This document shows, piece by piece, positions 10,998 through 21,679 of a stretch of 64,000 nucleotides of DNA. This DNA is from an uncultured Planctomycetaceae bacterium. GTDB taxonomy: Bacteria; Planctomycetota; Planctomycetia; Isosphaerales; Isosphaeraceae. The stretch lies in assembly GCA_963833985.1 (NCBI GenBank), contig CAWIAD010000002.1, positions 3,232,001 through 3,296,000 on the forward strand, in the 5' to 3' direction. Under the pieces are notes generated by a model. It made no database searches. It was given only the letters and a program-made list of their open reading frames with translations, and was not told the DNA's origin. Position 1 is the stretch's first letter. Every line of letters begins with the position of its first letter. Position numbers and translations under genes: made by a program.

Positions 10998-12720
10998 TCA
11001 GCGCCGCAGTGCCGGCGATGAGGGACGACCGCTTGCGGGAACCGCTCTCGCCTGGATTGTGGGCGGAGCCGGCGCGGCACAGGGAACAATACGCTGGCCA
11101 ACGGTCGAGTTCAGCTTCGTGACACTACGCCGATGGCGGACGACGGCATCGCGGTAAGCTTCCAGGGCATTATCGAGTCTCGCTCTTCGCGCCGCGGTAC
11201 CCGTCCGCTCCAAGCCGGCCGGCCTGTACCGCACGGCCCGCTTCTGCCAGCGCCTCGCTCACCACCGGCAGCACTTGGGCTTCAATCTCTTGCTGGTCTG
11301 CAAGACTGGTCTGAAAATCATTCCAGGCTTCGTGCACCTCATCGGCCACCTGGCGCTCGACATCGGCGACGGCGGACTGCATCTTGGAGATCTCCAGCCG
11401 GGCGCGCTGGATGTTCCCCTGGTTGCGGTCGAAGACCGGTAACGGAGCGAACAGTGCAATGGCCCAGGTGTTGACGCCGCGCTCTCCCTGGTTGGTTTGC
11501 CCGGTCTGGTAATCCCAGGGCTCGTAAAGGATGTACGTGTCGCGAAGGCGCCGGGAGTATTCCATCTTCTCCAGGGCCACCGCGCGGTCAACGCTCAGCC
11601 GCTGGGCGACCAGATCGGCCCGGCAGGACTGGGCAATATGCATGAGCACTTCGATGGGTGGTGCGCCGGATGAGTCGCGGAGCGGCGCATAAGGCTCAAT
11701 CTGGTCGGCGTCCTGGGCCGGGATGCCCAGCAGCGCGGCCAGGTTGCGCCTGGCTCCGTGGAGCCGGTCCTCCGCGTTACGCAGGGACATGATTCGCAAC
11801 GCTCGCTCGGCAGCCTTCCTGCGTCCACCTGGTGGCTGGAGCGATTGCCGGGCCTGTGCATCGTCCGCGGCCTGGGCTGCAGCCCGGCGCGCTGCGCGGA
11901 CGCCGGCACGCGCCTCGAGCAGGTCGACGAATGTTTTGTCCAGGACGTCAATCTTGCGGCGGACCTCGTCCTGGTAGCGCGCGTCGAGCACGCGCTTCGA
12001 GGTCTTGGCCACTTGAACTCGAGCGACTCGCCGGCCCGTGAGGTCCAGCAAGTAAGTGATCACAATCGGGTAGTCGCGGACGCCTGGCTGGTTCGAGAAC
12101 CGGCCGTAAGGCGTACCGCCGGCGCTCCAGAAGATGATGGGATTGCCCCGCAGGCCGGCGGTGAGGATATCGGCCTCCGCCTGCGGAATCTCGTGGAACT
12201 TCGTTCGCAGGTCCTGATTGTTGTGGATCAGCTGACCGATGGCCTGGTCGAGTGTCAGACCGCCGGGCGGGCCGGGGTCAATCAGGTCCCGGGCCACGAC
12301 GGCAGCCAGGCGCGCAGCAGTCGACTCTTTGGGCCGGTTCAGCGGCTCGGGCAGAGGCGGTAATTCCATCGTCCCGCGCTCGGCCGGACCTCCCAGAGCC
12401 TCGCTTCCCGGACGCGACGCGTTCACGCGGGGGGGCTTCAGCGATCTGCCGGCCTCCTCGAGCATGTACCCCTGTCCCGGCTCGAACCGGGTCGATAGCG
12501 GACGGTGAAACGGATCATCTCCCAGGGTGGACTCGTACGGCTCCGGCGGGGTCTTCTCCTCGGGGCGCTCGTCGACCCGGTGCACGTTCGGCAGGTTCAG
12601 CGTCTCGGCCGGTCCGAGCAGGATGATGTTGTCGAGAATCTCCTTCTGCGCCCTGGCGGTGTGGCACCAGGTCGCCGCGACCACAAGCGTGACAAGCGCC
12701 GTCTGGATTGGTCGTGGCAT
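10998..12720 (-). CDS. TolC/CzcC-family outer-membrane efflux protein; probable frameshift near 11190
   Basis: 'LTLDQAIGQLIHNNQDLR...IPQAEADILTAGLRGNP', 'PLPVFDRNQGNIQRAR'. A TolC-like terminal segment 'YRDAVVRHRRSVTKLNSTVGQRIVP' lies in the adjacent frame (10998-11234). Confidence 0.8.
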
Positions 12721-12738
12721 CTCCACTCCCTGTGACTG

Positions 12739-12847
12739 GGGCGGTTTTTGACGGGTCGCAGGCAGTTTCCGAGATCTTGGAAGAGGAGGCAGACATTCCT
12801 GTCTGCCAGGGCAGGACCGCTCCGGCAGGCAGGAATGCCCGCCCCCC
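12739..12847. repeat. REP-like palindromic element, family A (inverted pair plus tail)
   Basis: GGCAGACATTCCTGTCTGCC (12788-12807) faces GGCAGGCAGGAATGCCCGCC (12824-12843). The reverse complement of 12739-12815 matches the last unit and tail of the 29.2 kb array. Confidence 0.8.
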
Positions 12848-12935
12848 GGTCTCGGTCTGCGATCCGAGTGAAAACCGCTCTCGCTGCAATGGATGTGCAG
12901 GCCGCCCCGGCCGCCGGCAGGACGGCGCACCGGGA

Positions 12936-13616
12936 TCAACCGGGATGGAACAACTGAGGAGTCTGCACGAGGAACACCAGGCCGGAAATCTCGGCCGCAG
13001 AGATCCCTCGCTGCACACCGCCGTAGACGATCTGGGTGGGCTGCCGTGCGTTCGGACCGTACTTGATGGCCATCAGTCCGTTGCCGGTTGCGCCGGCATA
13101 AATGCCCGAGCTTGCCGAGCCATTGACACTCCACTTCAGCTCGGTGGGCAAGACGCGATCCTGCGGCTGCACCTGGGTGGTCAGGTACTGCAAGTTCAGA
13201 ATCAGGTTTCCTTCAGGCGCGGTACGGCCAGGGCCCTGGATGGTGGCTGTGAGTTGTGGCGACGCGCCGGGGTCCTTGGGCGTGTAGACCGTGATCGCCA
13301 TGTATCCCGAGTGGGTCTTCACCCAGGTGTGGCTGTCCTGACCCCAGATGACCGTCTGCGAGATGTTGTCGGCGAACTGGGGAGGCCCGACGATGTAACT
13401 GCCCGTAAAGACAGCACCGAATGAGGATTTGAGCAGCTCGTGCGGCAGCGCCGTCTCGGTGTTGCCGGCGATCTCACCGGCCTGGATGGGCGGTGGAAGA
13501 TTGAACGGATTGGGCCGCGGATGGCCGGCGGACGACAGGAGCGCACGACCCTCCAGCCCTTCGATCACCGGGCGGAGTCGGCGCGTCGGTCCTCTGCTCC
13601 GATCGAAGACGGTCAT
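12936..13616 (-). CDS. Hypothetical exported protein with a planctomycete 'LExRxLLS' N-terminal motif
   Basis: 'RRLRPVIEGLEGRALLS'; RBS 'aaggag' upstream; 'SSGIYAGATGNG' beta-rich segment. Confidence 0.75.
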   Translation of the reverse strand: MTVFDRSRGPTRRLRPVIEGLEGRALLSSAGHPRPNPFNLPPPIQAGEIAGNTETALPHELLKSSFGAVFTGSYIVGPPQFADNISQTVIWGQDSHTWVKTHSGYMAITVYTPKDPGASPQLTATIQGPGRTAPEGNLILNLQYLTTQVQPQDRVLPTELKWSVNGSASSGIYAGATGNGLMAIKYGPNARQPTQIVYGGVQRGISAAEISGLVFLVQTPQLFHPG

Positions 13617-13929
13617 CAGAGGTTCACTCCTTGAATATTAATTGTGTTTCATTTTTTGTTAACCTACCCGGTGGAGGTCGCACGATGTACCAGCACGGCC
13701 AGTCCTCCCTTCCATCGGAAGTCAAACGCGGCGCAATGAGACAATCCGGCTTCGCTGGCGTTCCTGCTACCGCCAGGAAGTTCGTTTGCATCCGCATGTC
13801 CGGAAAAACCGCTTCACTGCTCCCATTCGTCTGTCGATAAGCAACACAGGTGATGTAGAGCCAAGACGAATGGCGGCTTGCCTCCATGCGGGCGGCCGGC
13901 CCTGGTCCGTGGGCAGGGAGGAGATGGAG

Positions 13930-15816
13930 ATGAAAAAGAGTTCCCAGGTCCAGGGCGGCCTGCTGGCGGTCGCGCTAGCTGGCTTCCTGGCGGAGCCTGG
14001 AAGTAGCCAGACGGTGCCCCGCGGAGCCGAAGCTGCGGCGTCTATGGACGGCCTTTCAGCCGGCTCGTCCGCACCGTTGACGCCACCGGTGAATCCAGCG
14101 GTCACAGCGCGGCAGCCCGAGCAAGGGGGCCCGCGCTGGTTCAAGCGACTGAAACAAACATCGAGTGCTCCGGCCGGGACGCAGGCCGCACCCGCAGCCG
14201 CGCCGGCAACGCCGCGACGAGATCTGGCCCAGGCACCGCGGCCCGTACCAGTCCCGGCACCACAGCCCGTACCAGTCCCGGCGTTGCGGGTGGCACAGTC
14301 GGTGAAGCCACACGCGGGATCGCCGGACCGGCCGGTCCAGGTTCCCTTGCCACCGCCGCCGGCGGTATCCCCCGGAACCGAAAGCGAGTCGCGGCAGCTC
14401 ATGACTCCACCGCCGCGCGGCACGCCGGTCGATGCCGAGTCGTCAGCGCGCGAGCTCCAGCCGGGCGTCGGCGAGATCTTCGTCCCACCCCCGCCTCTGC
14501 CCCCCGTTCCGCCCGGCATGCGCGCACTTCAGATGGGTGACGCCGAGGCCGCCAAACGCACGCCGCTCACGCTGGAACAACTCGAGAGCCTGGCTTGCCA
14601 GAACAACGCCACCCTCAAGCAGGCGCGAGCCCAGGTGGAAGTGGCGTTCGGCACGGCCATCCAGGCCGGGCTCTGGCCGAACCCCACCGTCTCCTGGATC
14701 GACTCGGGCATCAACCCGAACCTGGGCTTCATGAACATGACCGTCACCCAGACCGTGCCAACCATGGGCAAGATGCGGCTGGACCGGGCGCGCTGGCTCG
14801 AAGTCACCAAGGCGGGCCAGTGGAAGGCCATGGCCGTCGAGTACCGCGTGCTCAACGACATCCGCCGCTACTACTTCCTGACACTCGGCTGGCAGGCCAT
14901 GGCCGAGATCCAGAAAGACCTGGTGAAGAACGCCGAGGACTACATCGTCACCTCGCGCGAAGGTTACAACATGGGCCTGGACAATATGCAGACCATGCAT
15001 CTGAACAACGCCACGCTTCAGGAACAGCGTATCCTCTATTTGCGCTATCAAAACATGTATCGCATGTACTGGCAAAGGCTGATGGCGACCGTGGGCGTGC
15101 AGATGCCCTTCACCCACCTGGCCGGCGTGCTGGAGGGCGATACCACGCCCATCGAGTGGGACCAGGCGCTCGCCCGTATTCTGGAGTACAGCCCCGAGCT
15201 GCACTCGGCCTACGCCAACCTCAGGTTCGAGCAGATCAACCTCAAGTGGCAGCGCGTTCAGCCCTGGCCGAATATCCAGTTCGTGGGCGTGGAAGGATAC
15301 AACTACACAAGCAAGATCCCGCAAACCACCGTGCAGGTTCATCTTCTGGGTGTGCCCATATGGAACTGGAACCAGGGCTTCATCCGCCAGGCCAACGCCA
15401 ACGTGATCCGGCAGCAGGCCGAGATCAAGCGCATGCAGCAGCAGTTCCAGGACGAGCTGGCGGTCGTTTACCAGGCCTATCTCACGGCCATCCAGCACGT
15501 CGAGAGCTATCAAAAGGTGATCCTGCCGGAGCTCCGGCGGAATTACGAGACGGCCCTGGACAGCTACGAGAATGATCGGACCGACTGGACGCGCGTGCTG
15601 GCGGCGCAGCGCACCTACTTCAGCACGCGCCAGTCCTACGCCACGCAACTGATGACCTGGCGCGAGAGCGAAGTACTCATTGTCGGCTTTCTGCTCACCG
15701 GCGGCACCACGCCTGCTCCGGCGGCAGTCCCGGCCGGCCGCGTGCTGCTGACGGCGCCCAACCCCGCTGCGGCTTCCCAGTTCGTGACACCGGGCCAGTT
15801 CCTGACGGCACCCTGA
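13930..15816 (+). CDS. TolC-family outer-membrane protein with a long Pro-rich N-terminus
   Basis: Signal peptide; 'LTLEQLESLACQNNATLKQARAQVE...IQAGLWPNP'; 'VPIWNWNQGFIRQA'. Confidence 0.85.
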   Translation: MKKSSQVQGGLLAVALAGFLAEPGSSQTVPRGAEAAASMDGLSAGSSAPLTPPVNPAVTARQPEQGGPRWFKRLKQTSSAPAGTQAAPAAAPATPRRDLAQAPRPVPVPAPQPVPVPALRVAQSVKPHAGSPDRPVQVPLPPPPAVSPGTESESRQLMTPPPRGTPVDAESSARELQPGVGEIFVPPPPLPPVPPGMRALQMGDAEAAKRTPLTLEQLESLACQNNATLKQARAQVEVAFGTAIQAGLWPNPTVSWIDSGINPNLGFMNMTVTQTVPTMGKMRLDRARWLEVTKAGQWKAMAVEYRVLNDIRRYYFLTLGWQAMAEIQKDLVKNAEDYIVTSREGYNMGLDNMQTMHLNNATLQEQRILYLRYQNMYRMYWQRLMATVGVQMPFTHLAGVLEGDTTPIEWDQALARILEYSPELHSAYANLRFEQINLKWQRVQPWPNIQFVGVEGYNYTSKIPQTTVQVHLLGVPIWNWNQGFIRQANANVIRQQAEIKRMQQQFQDELAVVYQAYLTAIQHVESYQKVILPELRRNYETALDSYENDRTDWTRVLAAQRTYFSTRQSYATQLMTWRESEVLIVGFLLTGGTTPAPAAVPAGRVLLTAPNPAAASQFVTPGQFLTAP

Positions 15817-15873
15817 CGCACCATGCGGCACCCGGTTGCCAGGCCATTACCTAATCGCAGAGAGGAGCGATTC

Positions 15874-17511
15874 ATGTCTGAGCCAGAGAACCGCAGGGGC
15901 TTTCTCAAGAAAGGATCGGCAGTCGCGGCCGCTGCCGCCGTGGCCACCAGCGCCAGGGGAGCCGCTGGCCAGGAACCCGCGCAGGAGAAGGCTCCGCAGG
16001 GAGGTCCCGAGACCCGCAAGGCGCAGATTCCGGTCCAGGAGGGGGTCGTGGAGATCCCGATCCGGCCGGAGAACCAGTTCCAGGGCAAGTTCGACCTGCC
16101 CGACGAATACAAGATCTATGACCGCTACTACCCGACCTTCGGCGGACCTCCCGAGAGCCCGACCTACCTGGGCAAGCTGGTGCCGGGCCTGCGCGCCTCG
16201 GGGTTGCCGCCTGTACCTTTCGTTCAGCCCGACGTGGCCGCGCTCCCCTGGAAGATGGTCGACGGCGTCAAGGAATATCACCTCATCCTCGAGCACGTGC
16301 GCCGCGAGCTCATGCCCGGCCAGTGGTTCGATTTCTACGGTGCCAATGGCAGCATGCCCGGGCCGTACATCGAGCTCACCCAGGGCGACGTGATCCGGAT
16401 CGTTGTGCACAACCATCTCCCCGAGCCCACCTCGGTGCACTGGCACGGGGCCGAATTGCCGATCAACATGGACGGCGTCCCGGGCACCACGCAGGACCTG
16501 ATCGAGCCGGGCTCAAGCTTTGTCTACCAGTTCCGCGTGCACCAGATTGGCACGTTCTTCTATCACGCGCATGTCCCATTCCAGGAAGCCATCGGCATCG
16601 TCGGCTTCTTCATAGTCCATCCCCGGATTGCCTGGGACCCGCCGGTGGACCGCGACTTCGGCTACTTCTTCATGAATACCTCGATCTCGCCGAATACCAC
16701 GGTCGCCACGCCCTTCCCCGAGCATCCCGGGATCGCCTTCACGCCGGGCGGGCAGAACTGGCAGATCGTCAACGGCCGTTCGGCGCCCTACATCACGCCG
16801 TTTGTCTGCAAGCTGGGAGAACGGGTGCGCATTCGCCTGTTCAACTTCAGCGTGGTCGATATCCACGCCATGCACATGCACGGTACGAATTTCTGGATCA
16901 CGGGGCACGAAGGGGCGCGGCAGCCGGTGTCGGGCTGGCAATGCCGCAACACGACGCAGGTCCACGTGGCGCAGGCCAATGACATCGAGTTCATTGCCAA
17001 CGACCCGGGGGACTGGGTCTTCCATTGCCACATGGCCATGCACATGCTGCTGCACCCGTACCCGCAGATGGGCCCGCGCATCCGCTCGGGCGATTCGCTC
17101 TCCCGTTACAAGGCGAATCTGGATACCCGTCCCGACGTCAAGTATCCGCACACCGACCCGGGTTTCCTCGTGCCGGGTTACCCCAGGATGCGCTTCGCCA
17201 AGCTGGAGTTCACGCCGGCCGAGCTGGAGAAGCTGAACGCGAAGCGCGAGGTCCGCGGCATGCGGCACAACTGGTACGAGGCGCCCAAGGCGCTCTTCAA
17301 TATCGTGCGGGTCCTGCCCGAGGACCTCTACGACCTGGTGATGCACAGTGACGAGCCGGTCGGACCGGGCGCCGTGTTCGATGAGATCGTCCGGCGTCGC
17401 AATCGCCAGATCGGCGTCCGCGAGGAGATGCGCCGCCGCGGCCTGAGCCTGAACCAGTGGAACGGCTGGATGCTGGCCAACGAAGGGTTGCGGAAAAAGG
17501 GATTGGCCTGA
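15874..17511 (+). CDS. Tat-exported two-domain multicopper oxidase
   Basis: 'NRRGFLK' Tat motif; Cu motifs 'VHWHG', 'YHAH', 'HAMHMHG', 'FHCHMAMHM'; RBS 'gaggag'. Confidence 0.9.
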   Translation: MSEPENRRGFLKKGSAVAAAAAVATSARGAAGQEPAQEKAPQGGPETRKAQIPVQEGVVEIPIRPENQFQGKFDLPDEYKIYDRYYPTFGGPPESPTYLGKLVPGLRASGLPPVPFVQPDVAALPWKMVDGVKEYHLILEHVRRELMPGQWFDFYGANGSMPGPYIELTQGDVIRIVVHNHLPEPTSVHWHGAELPINMDGVPGTTQDLIEPGSSFVYQFRVHQIGTFFYHAHVPFQEAIGIVGFFIVHPRIAWDPPVDRDFGYFFMNTSISPNTTVATPFPEHPGIAFTPGGQNWQIVNGRSAPYITPFVCKLGERVRIRLFNFSVVDIHAMHMHGTNFWITGHEGARQPVSGWQCRNTTQVHVAQANDIEFIANDPGDWVFHCHMAMHMLLHPYPQMGPRIRSGDSLSRYKANLDTRPDVKYPHTDPGFLVPGYPRMRFAKLEFTPAELEKLNAKREVRGMRHNWYEAPKALFNIVRVLPEDLYDLVMHSDEPVGPGAVFDEIVRRRNRQIGVREEMRRRGLSLNQWNGWMLANEGLRKKGLA

Positions 17512-17549
17512 TGGAACAATGCCTCTGAGCCTGCGATCGCCAGCCGCCC

Positions 17550-17909
17550 TCAGTGGCGGCTGGCGCCGACGCCCGGATTGACCGGATCAAGTTCCGGCGG
17601 GACGTTCTTGCGGATCCAGAGCTTGGTGACGTAGTGCTCCGGATTCTCCTCGACAATGCTGTAGATGCGCTGGCCCTCGAGCGCGTGGATGTCGAGATTC
17701 TCCCTGGTCGTGCCATCGACCATGACGAAAATCGTTTCCGGGTAAAGCCGGATCTCATAGGCCCGGTTGTTGCCGTCCTGGATGAGCGTGATCTTCTGAA
17801 ACCGGGCGTCGATCGACTTCACGCGGCCCCACATCTCGACGGCCGGGGCCGGCAAGGCCGCCATCACAAGCAGTACAGCGCAACCGGCACCACCGCGTAG
17901 CATGGTCAT
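17550..17909 (-). CDS. Small secreted hypothetical protein, possibly OB-fold-like
   Basis: Signal peptide ending 'APA'; 'GRVKSIDARFQKITL' beta pattern; high-GC codon usage. Confidence 0.6.
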   Translation of the reverse strand: MTMLRGGAGCAVLLVMAALPAPAVEMWGRVKSIDARFQKITLIQDGNNRAYEIRLYPETIFVMVDGTTRENLDIHALEGQRIYSIVEENPEHYVTKLWIRKNVPPELDPVNPGVGASRH

Positions 17910-18134
17910 GGTCGGAACCTCCCGGAGCCCCACCCAGCATTGTTATATCTATAGGATCATCCAGAGAACACAGCGGGAATGAGTCCACAGGAAGGGCGAG
18001 GGTCCCGCCGGGCTCCGATCCGATGGGCCGCGGCACGGGCCTCGCTCTACCTTGTCAGTGTCATTCCGATAGTTACTCTAACACCAATACCGTTGAAATA
18101 GCGCTTACGAGAAGAAGGCAAGAGCTTGGCGACA

Positions 18135-18288
18135 GACTTGTTCCCACGCTCGCTCTGCGTGGGAACACCGGTCGGGACGCTCGGCGTCCCATGGATTTCC
18201 CACGGGCACGGGCCAAGTCGACGCGAAGCGTCGCAGACGGCATTCCCACGCGGAGCGTGGGAACGAGGAACAAACCTCTGCCTGCACT
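18135..18288. repeat. REPIN/MITE-like palindromic element, family B, copy 1
   Basis: Terminal palindromes TTCCCACGCTCGCTCTGCGTGGGAA and TTCCCACGCGGAGCGTGGGAACGAG, with internal hairpins GGGACGCTCGGCGTCCC and GACGCGAAGCGTC. Confidence 0.8.
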
Positions 18289-18366
18289 GAACTTATCGCT
18301 ATTTCAACGGTATTGACTCTCTCACAGAGATGATATTCCGCGGAGCGAGCGTGGCGGTGGTTGCCA

Positions 18367-18999
18367 CTAATTCTGTTCGCGCTCCACGGTCACGTGGTAT
18401 TGCGTCTGCCGGAGTCCAAGATTCAGCCGGATCATGGTCTTTCCTTCCTTCTGGGCCTGGAACAGAGCCATGGCGCGCACCATGCCGGTGATGGGCCGGG
18501 GTTGGCCGCCAACCATGGCCACAGGGACCAGCTCGCGAACTCCGATGGGCACCATCTCCAGGATCTCCTTGTCCGCCACGTTGAAGCTGATGTTGCCATG
18601 AATGTTCTTGGGGATGGCACACTCCAGCTCCAGGACATCGCCCGGCCTGAGGGTGAACGAGCCTTCTTCCGGCGCCGATGGCCCGTAATCGCCCGCCGCA
18701 ACCATGGGCCGGATGAGTTTTCCACTGAAGATTTGCGTATCGGCCTTGTTTTGTCCCTGGTCGCCCTGGCTGCCGCTCCCCCCGGCCTTCAACCGTCCTC
18801 CCTGCTGCTGGAACACGTTGCCCGCCTGTGAGCCCTTGGTCTTCCCTTTCTGAGCGTCACTGTCCTTGCCATCCCGTGAGGATTGCTCCTGACGTCCGCC
18901 CTCCTGCGGAGATCCCGAGCCAACCACCGATGCGGTGAGGAAACCTCCCGCTGTAACGAGTGTAAATGCCAGTGTGACGAAGACGCGTCGAATTCTCAT
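18367..18999 (-). CDS. Secreted hypothetical protein with a Q/G/S-rich linker and a C-terminal Ig-like domain
   Basis: Hydrophobic N-terminus, low-complexity linker, beta-rich C-terminus 'FTLRPGDVLELEC...FQAQKEGKTMIRL...YHVTVE'. Confidence 0.65.
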   Translation of the reverse strand: MRIRRVFVTLAFTLVTAGGFLTASVVGSGSPQEGGRQEQSSRDGKDSDAQKGKTKGSQAGNVFQQQGGRLKAGGSGSQGDQGQNKADTQIFSGKLIRPMVAAGDYGPSAPEEGSFTLRPGDVLELECAIPKNIHGNISFNVADKEILEMVPIGVRELVPVAMVGGQPRPITGMVRAMALFQAQKEGKTMIRLNLGLRQTQYHVTVEREQN

Positions 19000-19035
19000 T
19001 GAAAAATACCCCCCATCAGTAACGGCGGTCATCCT

Positions 19036-21477
19036 TCACTCGGCCGCCTGGCTTGACGCGAACGGCTGGCCCGCGGGCCTCCTATCCGGGACCTCGCGGA
19101 GAATCCTCCAGATCACGCCGGTACCGACGTGGGCGTTCATTGTCCAGTCCTTTTCTTGCTGCCGCACCGTGATGGTCCCTATGTCAACGACGTACAGAGC
19201 GCCGTCGGGTCCCCATTCGAGCTGCAATGGCCTCTCGAGCCCGCGGCCGCGCCAGGCCGTGGAGGGACCGGGCAGTTCGTTGACCAGGAAGTTCGCCCTC
19301 TCCCCCGTGTCCAGGTTGATGCGCTGCACCTTGAAGCCGGGCCAGTGCAGCTCGGCATCTGGCGGAATGTTCGTGGGCATGTGCTGCTGGATGAAGTAGC
19401 GCTCCTCGCGGTCGGCGGCCGTCCAGACAAGCTGGTCCCCCTTGAAGAACGGCTCGATGGATCCCATCTCGGCAACCAGGACCTCCCTGGCATCAAGTCC
19501 AAACTCGGGACGGCCGAACACCATGCCCTGAGGCGCCGAGTGGGGCGGCAGCCGCACCAGCGGGGGCCGAGGCCGGTCCTGCCCCTTGAGCAGCCTGCGG
19601 TGCGTATCCTCGGTGAGCAGGAACCGAGGCCGGTCGCCCCCCTCGTGGAACCGCGCATCCGTGACCGGAAGGCCGCCGAAAAAATCGGGCCAGCCGTACC
19701 AGTCCCCGGCCACAACCTCCTTGATTGATGCAGAATCGAACCAGAACCCGCGCGGTCGGGACGGGCCGACGCCGGCTTCGGTGCAATAGAGCCGCCCATC
19801 GGGCGCAACGCGGTAACCGCCGCTGGTGTGAAAACCCCAGGCAATTCGCTGCAAGTCCGAGCCGTCGGGGTTGCATCGAAAGAAAGCGCCGTTGCAGATC
19901 TTCTGACCCTTGATCACCTGCCCCGCCCGGCTCTCGGTCCAGAGCGGCAGGTAAGCACCTGTCCGTGCGTTCTCGCCGGGCGCGACGAGGTTGTTGATGT
20001 GAGTGTACGGGATGGGCGGCATGAAGGGCCGCTGGAGATCGATCGCCACCAGTTCGTCCGGCGCGTACATGAATGGCTCGCCCCGGTTGGCCCGGTCCAG
20101 CGGGACCGAGAAGCTGGCACCAGTGAGCACCACGTCCTCGCCGGGAATGTCATGTGCCTGAAGTTTGTTATAAATCAGCACATGCTGGCACATGTCCTCG
20201 TCCACGATGCCTGTATTGCTTTGCGTGGGCACGAAGAAGACCATCTTGCCGTCGCGGTCGAAGATCGGCTTGCCGTTGATGGACGGGCCCCAGCAGGGGA
20301 GACCGTTGATGATGGTCTTGAACTTCGTTCGCGGATCCGGGTCCTCCGGGTCGAGAACCGAATAACGGCCGCGATGGGCAATATAGATCTTGCCCTTGTG
20401 CCAGGTGATTCCCATGATCGGCGGGATGATGCCCTCGGGAACCTGGTCGACCGTTCGAGCGTTCCGGATATCATCCGTCGACACGGTCCGCTCGTAGACC
20501 ACGCTTCTGGTGCGGTCCGGACGAATCTGGATGATCTGGGGCGGCGGACTGCGCAACGGATCGTTGCTGAAGCCGTGGAAGCCCGATTCGGCAATGTACG
20601 CGTCGCCCTCGTCACTGAAGGTGATGTCACTGGGGAAATGCAAGGACGTGGCGAACAACTCCACGCGGTAACCCGGCGGCGCCAGGACTTCCAGCGGTGA
20701 GGCCTCGCGATAGGAGGGCGTCGCATCAGGCGCCGGCACCTGTGATGCCAGCACGTCCCGTGCAGGCCGGATGCCCCCCTCCGTCGTCTTCTCCTGCCCG
20801 TTCGCCTGGTCCTGGAGGGGCGGCAAGCAGAACACCAGGCACCACGCCAGCAGCCGCGCGCCCACGCCGCGCCCGTTCTCGCTCGAGTCTGCAAAGCCGC
20901 TTGCCGTGTGTCCATGCCAGGCCTCACGTCGCCATGATGTGTCTGTTCCCGGGTGATGGTACAAGACGAAGATCGGGCCGCGGCGGCGCGTCATCGAGGC
21001 GCCAGTCTGCCTGTGGGAGACTGCCGTTTCCAGATGTCCACCGGGGGGTTCACGCGCAGAGCCGTAGCTGTTCCACGAGCCTCGCCCGTACTCGAGCGGA
21101 CGAGCGTCATACTTCTGCGGAAAGTAAGAGGTGACCAGGAACCTCGAGCCGCCGATGACTTCCTGGCCAAACGAATAAGAGCGGTCGAAGACCACGTATC
21201 CACCGCTATAGTGCAGTTTCAGCCAGCCGGCCTCGCCGCCCTGGTAGCCCCAGGGCGTGTACCCGCCCAGGGGCGCGCCACTATGCGGCGGAAAGCCACC
21301 AGGCGGAAGAAAGCCCCCATACAACGAGAGGCGATCCTCAATGCGTGCTCCGGGAAGGGCCTGCGCCTGCGCGTTCGTGTGGGGCAGGACCAGGGCCCCG
21401 GCAACCGCCAGAAGCCAGATCCAGCGCTTCTCCGGGTGCAGACACACAGCAGTCACTCGTGTTTTCGGCATGTGCAC
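19036..21477 (-). CDS. Glucose/sorbosone dehydrogenase-like beta-propeller protein with a ~200-aa Gly/Tyr-rich N-terminal region (may be two genes)
   Basis: 'PPGYRVELFATSLHFPSDITFSDEGDAYIAESG', 'FFRCNPDGSDLQRIAWGF', 'WYGWPDF', 'GLERPLQLEWGPDGALYVVDIG'. Confidence 0.75.
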   Translation of the reverse strand: MHMPKTRVTAVCLHPEKRWIWLLAVAGALVLPHTNAQAQALPGARIEDRLSLYGGFLPPGGFPPHSGAPLGGYTPWGYQGGEAGWLKLHYSGGYVVFDRSYSFGQEVIGGSRFLVTSYFPQKYDARPLEYGRGSWNSYGSAREPPGGHLETAVSHRQTGASMTRRRGPIFVLYHHPGTDTSWRREAWHGHTASGFADSSENGRGVGARLLAWCLVFCLPPLQDQANGQEKTTEGGIRPARDVLASQVPAPDATPSYREASPLEVLAPPGYRVELFATSLHFPSDITFSDEGDAYIAESGFHGFSNDPLRSPPPQIIQIRPDRTRSVVYERTVSTDDIRNARTVDQVPEGIIPPIMGITWHKGKIYIAHRGRYSVLDPEDPDPRTKFKTIINGLPCWGPSINGKPIFDRDGKMVFFVPTQSNTGIVDEDMCQHVLIYNKLQAHDIPGEDVVLTGASFSVPLDRANRGEPFMYAPDELVAIDLQRPFMPPIPYTHINNLVAPGENARTGAYLPLWTESRAGQVIKGQKICNGAFFRCNPDGSDLQRIAWGFHTSGGYRVAPDGRLYCTEAGVGPSRPRGFWFDSASIKEVVAGDWYGWPDFFGGLPVTDARFHEGGDRPRFLLTEDTHRRLLKGQDRPRPPLVRLPPHSAPQGMVFGRPEFGLDAREVLVAEMGSIEPFFKGDQLVWTAADREERYFIQQHMPTNIPPDAELHWPGFKVQRINLDTGERANFLVNELPGPSTAWRGRGLERPLQLEWGPDGALYVVDIGTITVRQQEKDWTMNAHVGTGVIWRILREVPDRRPAGQPFASSQAAE

Positions 21478-21679
21478 CTCCTCGCTGGATCTCCCAGGAC
21501 CCGCAATTCCACATGCAGGTCATTCGACAGCAAGGCGGATGCCATGATCAAGTTAACTTTGATTCATGAAGATTTACAAGGAAGTGGGCGGCTGCCGTTG
21601 AGGTGTCTGAACTTCCGATCTTCGGGAGTGCGCGGTTCCCGCCCGCCCTGGTTGCGATCCAGGTTGGCGCACACGCTCT

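Noticed and set aside
12721..13134. N-terminal extension of the TolC ORF (11170-13134)
   Set aside because: It runs through a REP element and overlaps another gene; an ATG with RBS and signal peptide at 12720 is the better start.
17991..18052. Weak inverted repeat GGGCGAGGGTCCCGCC...GGCACGGGCCTCGCTCT as a third REP family
   Set aside because: Too degenerate, with only a partial second match near 8745; it cannot be supported from this window.
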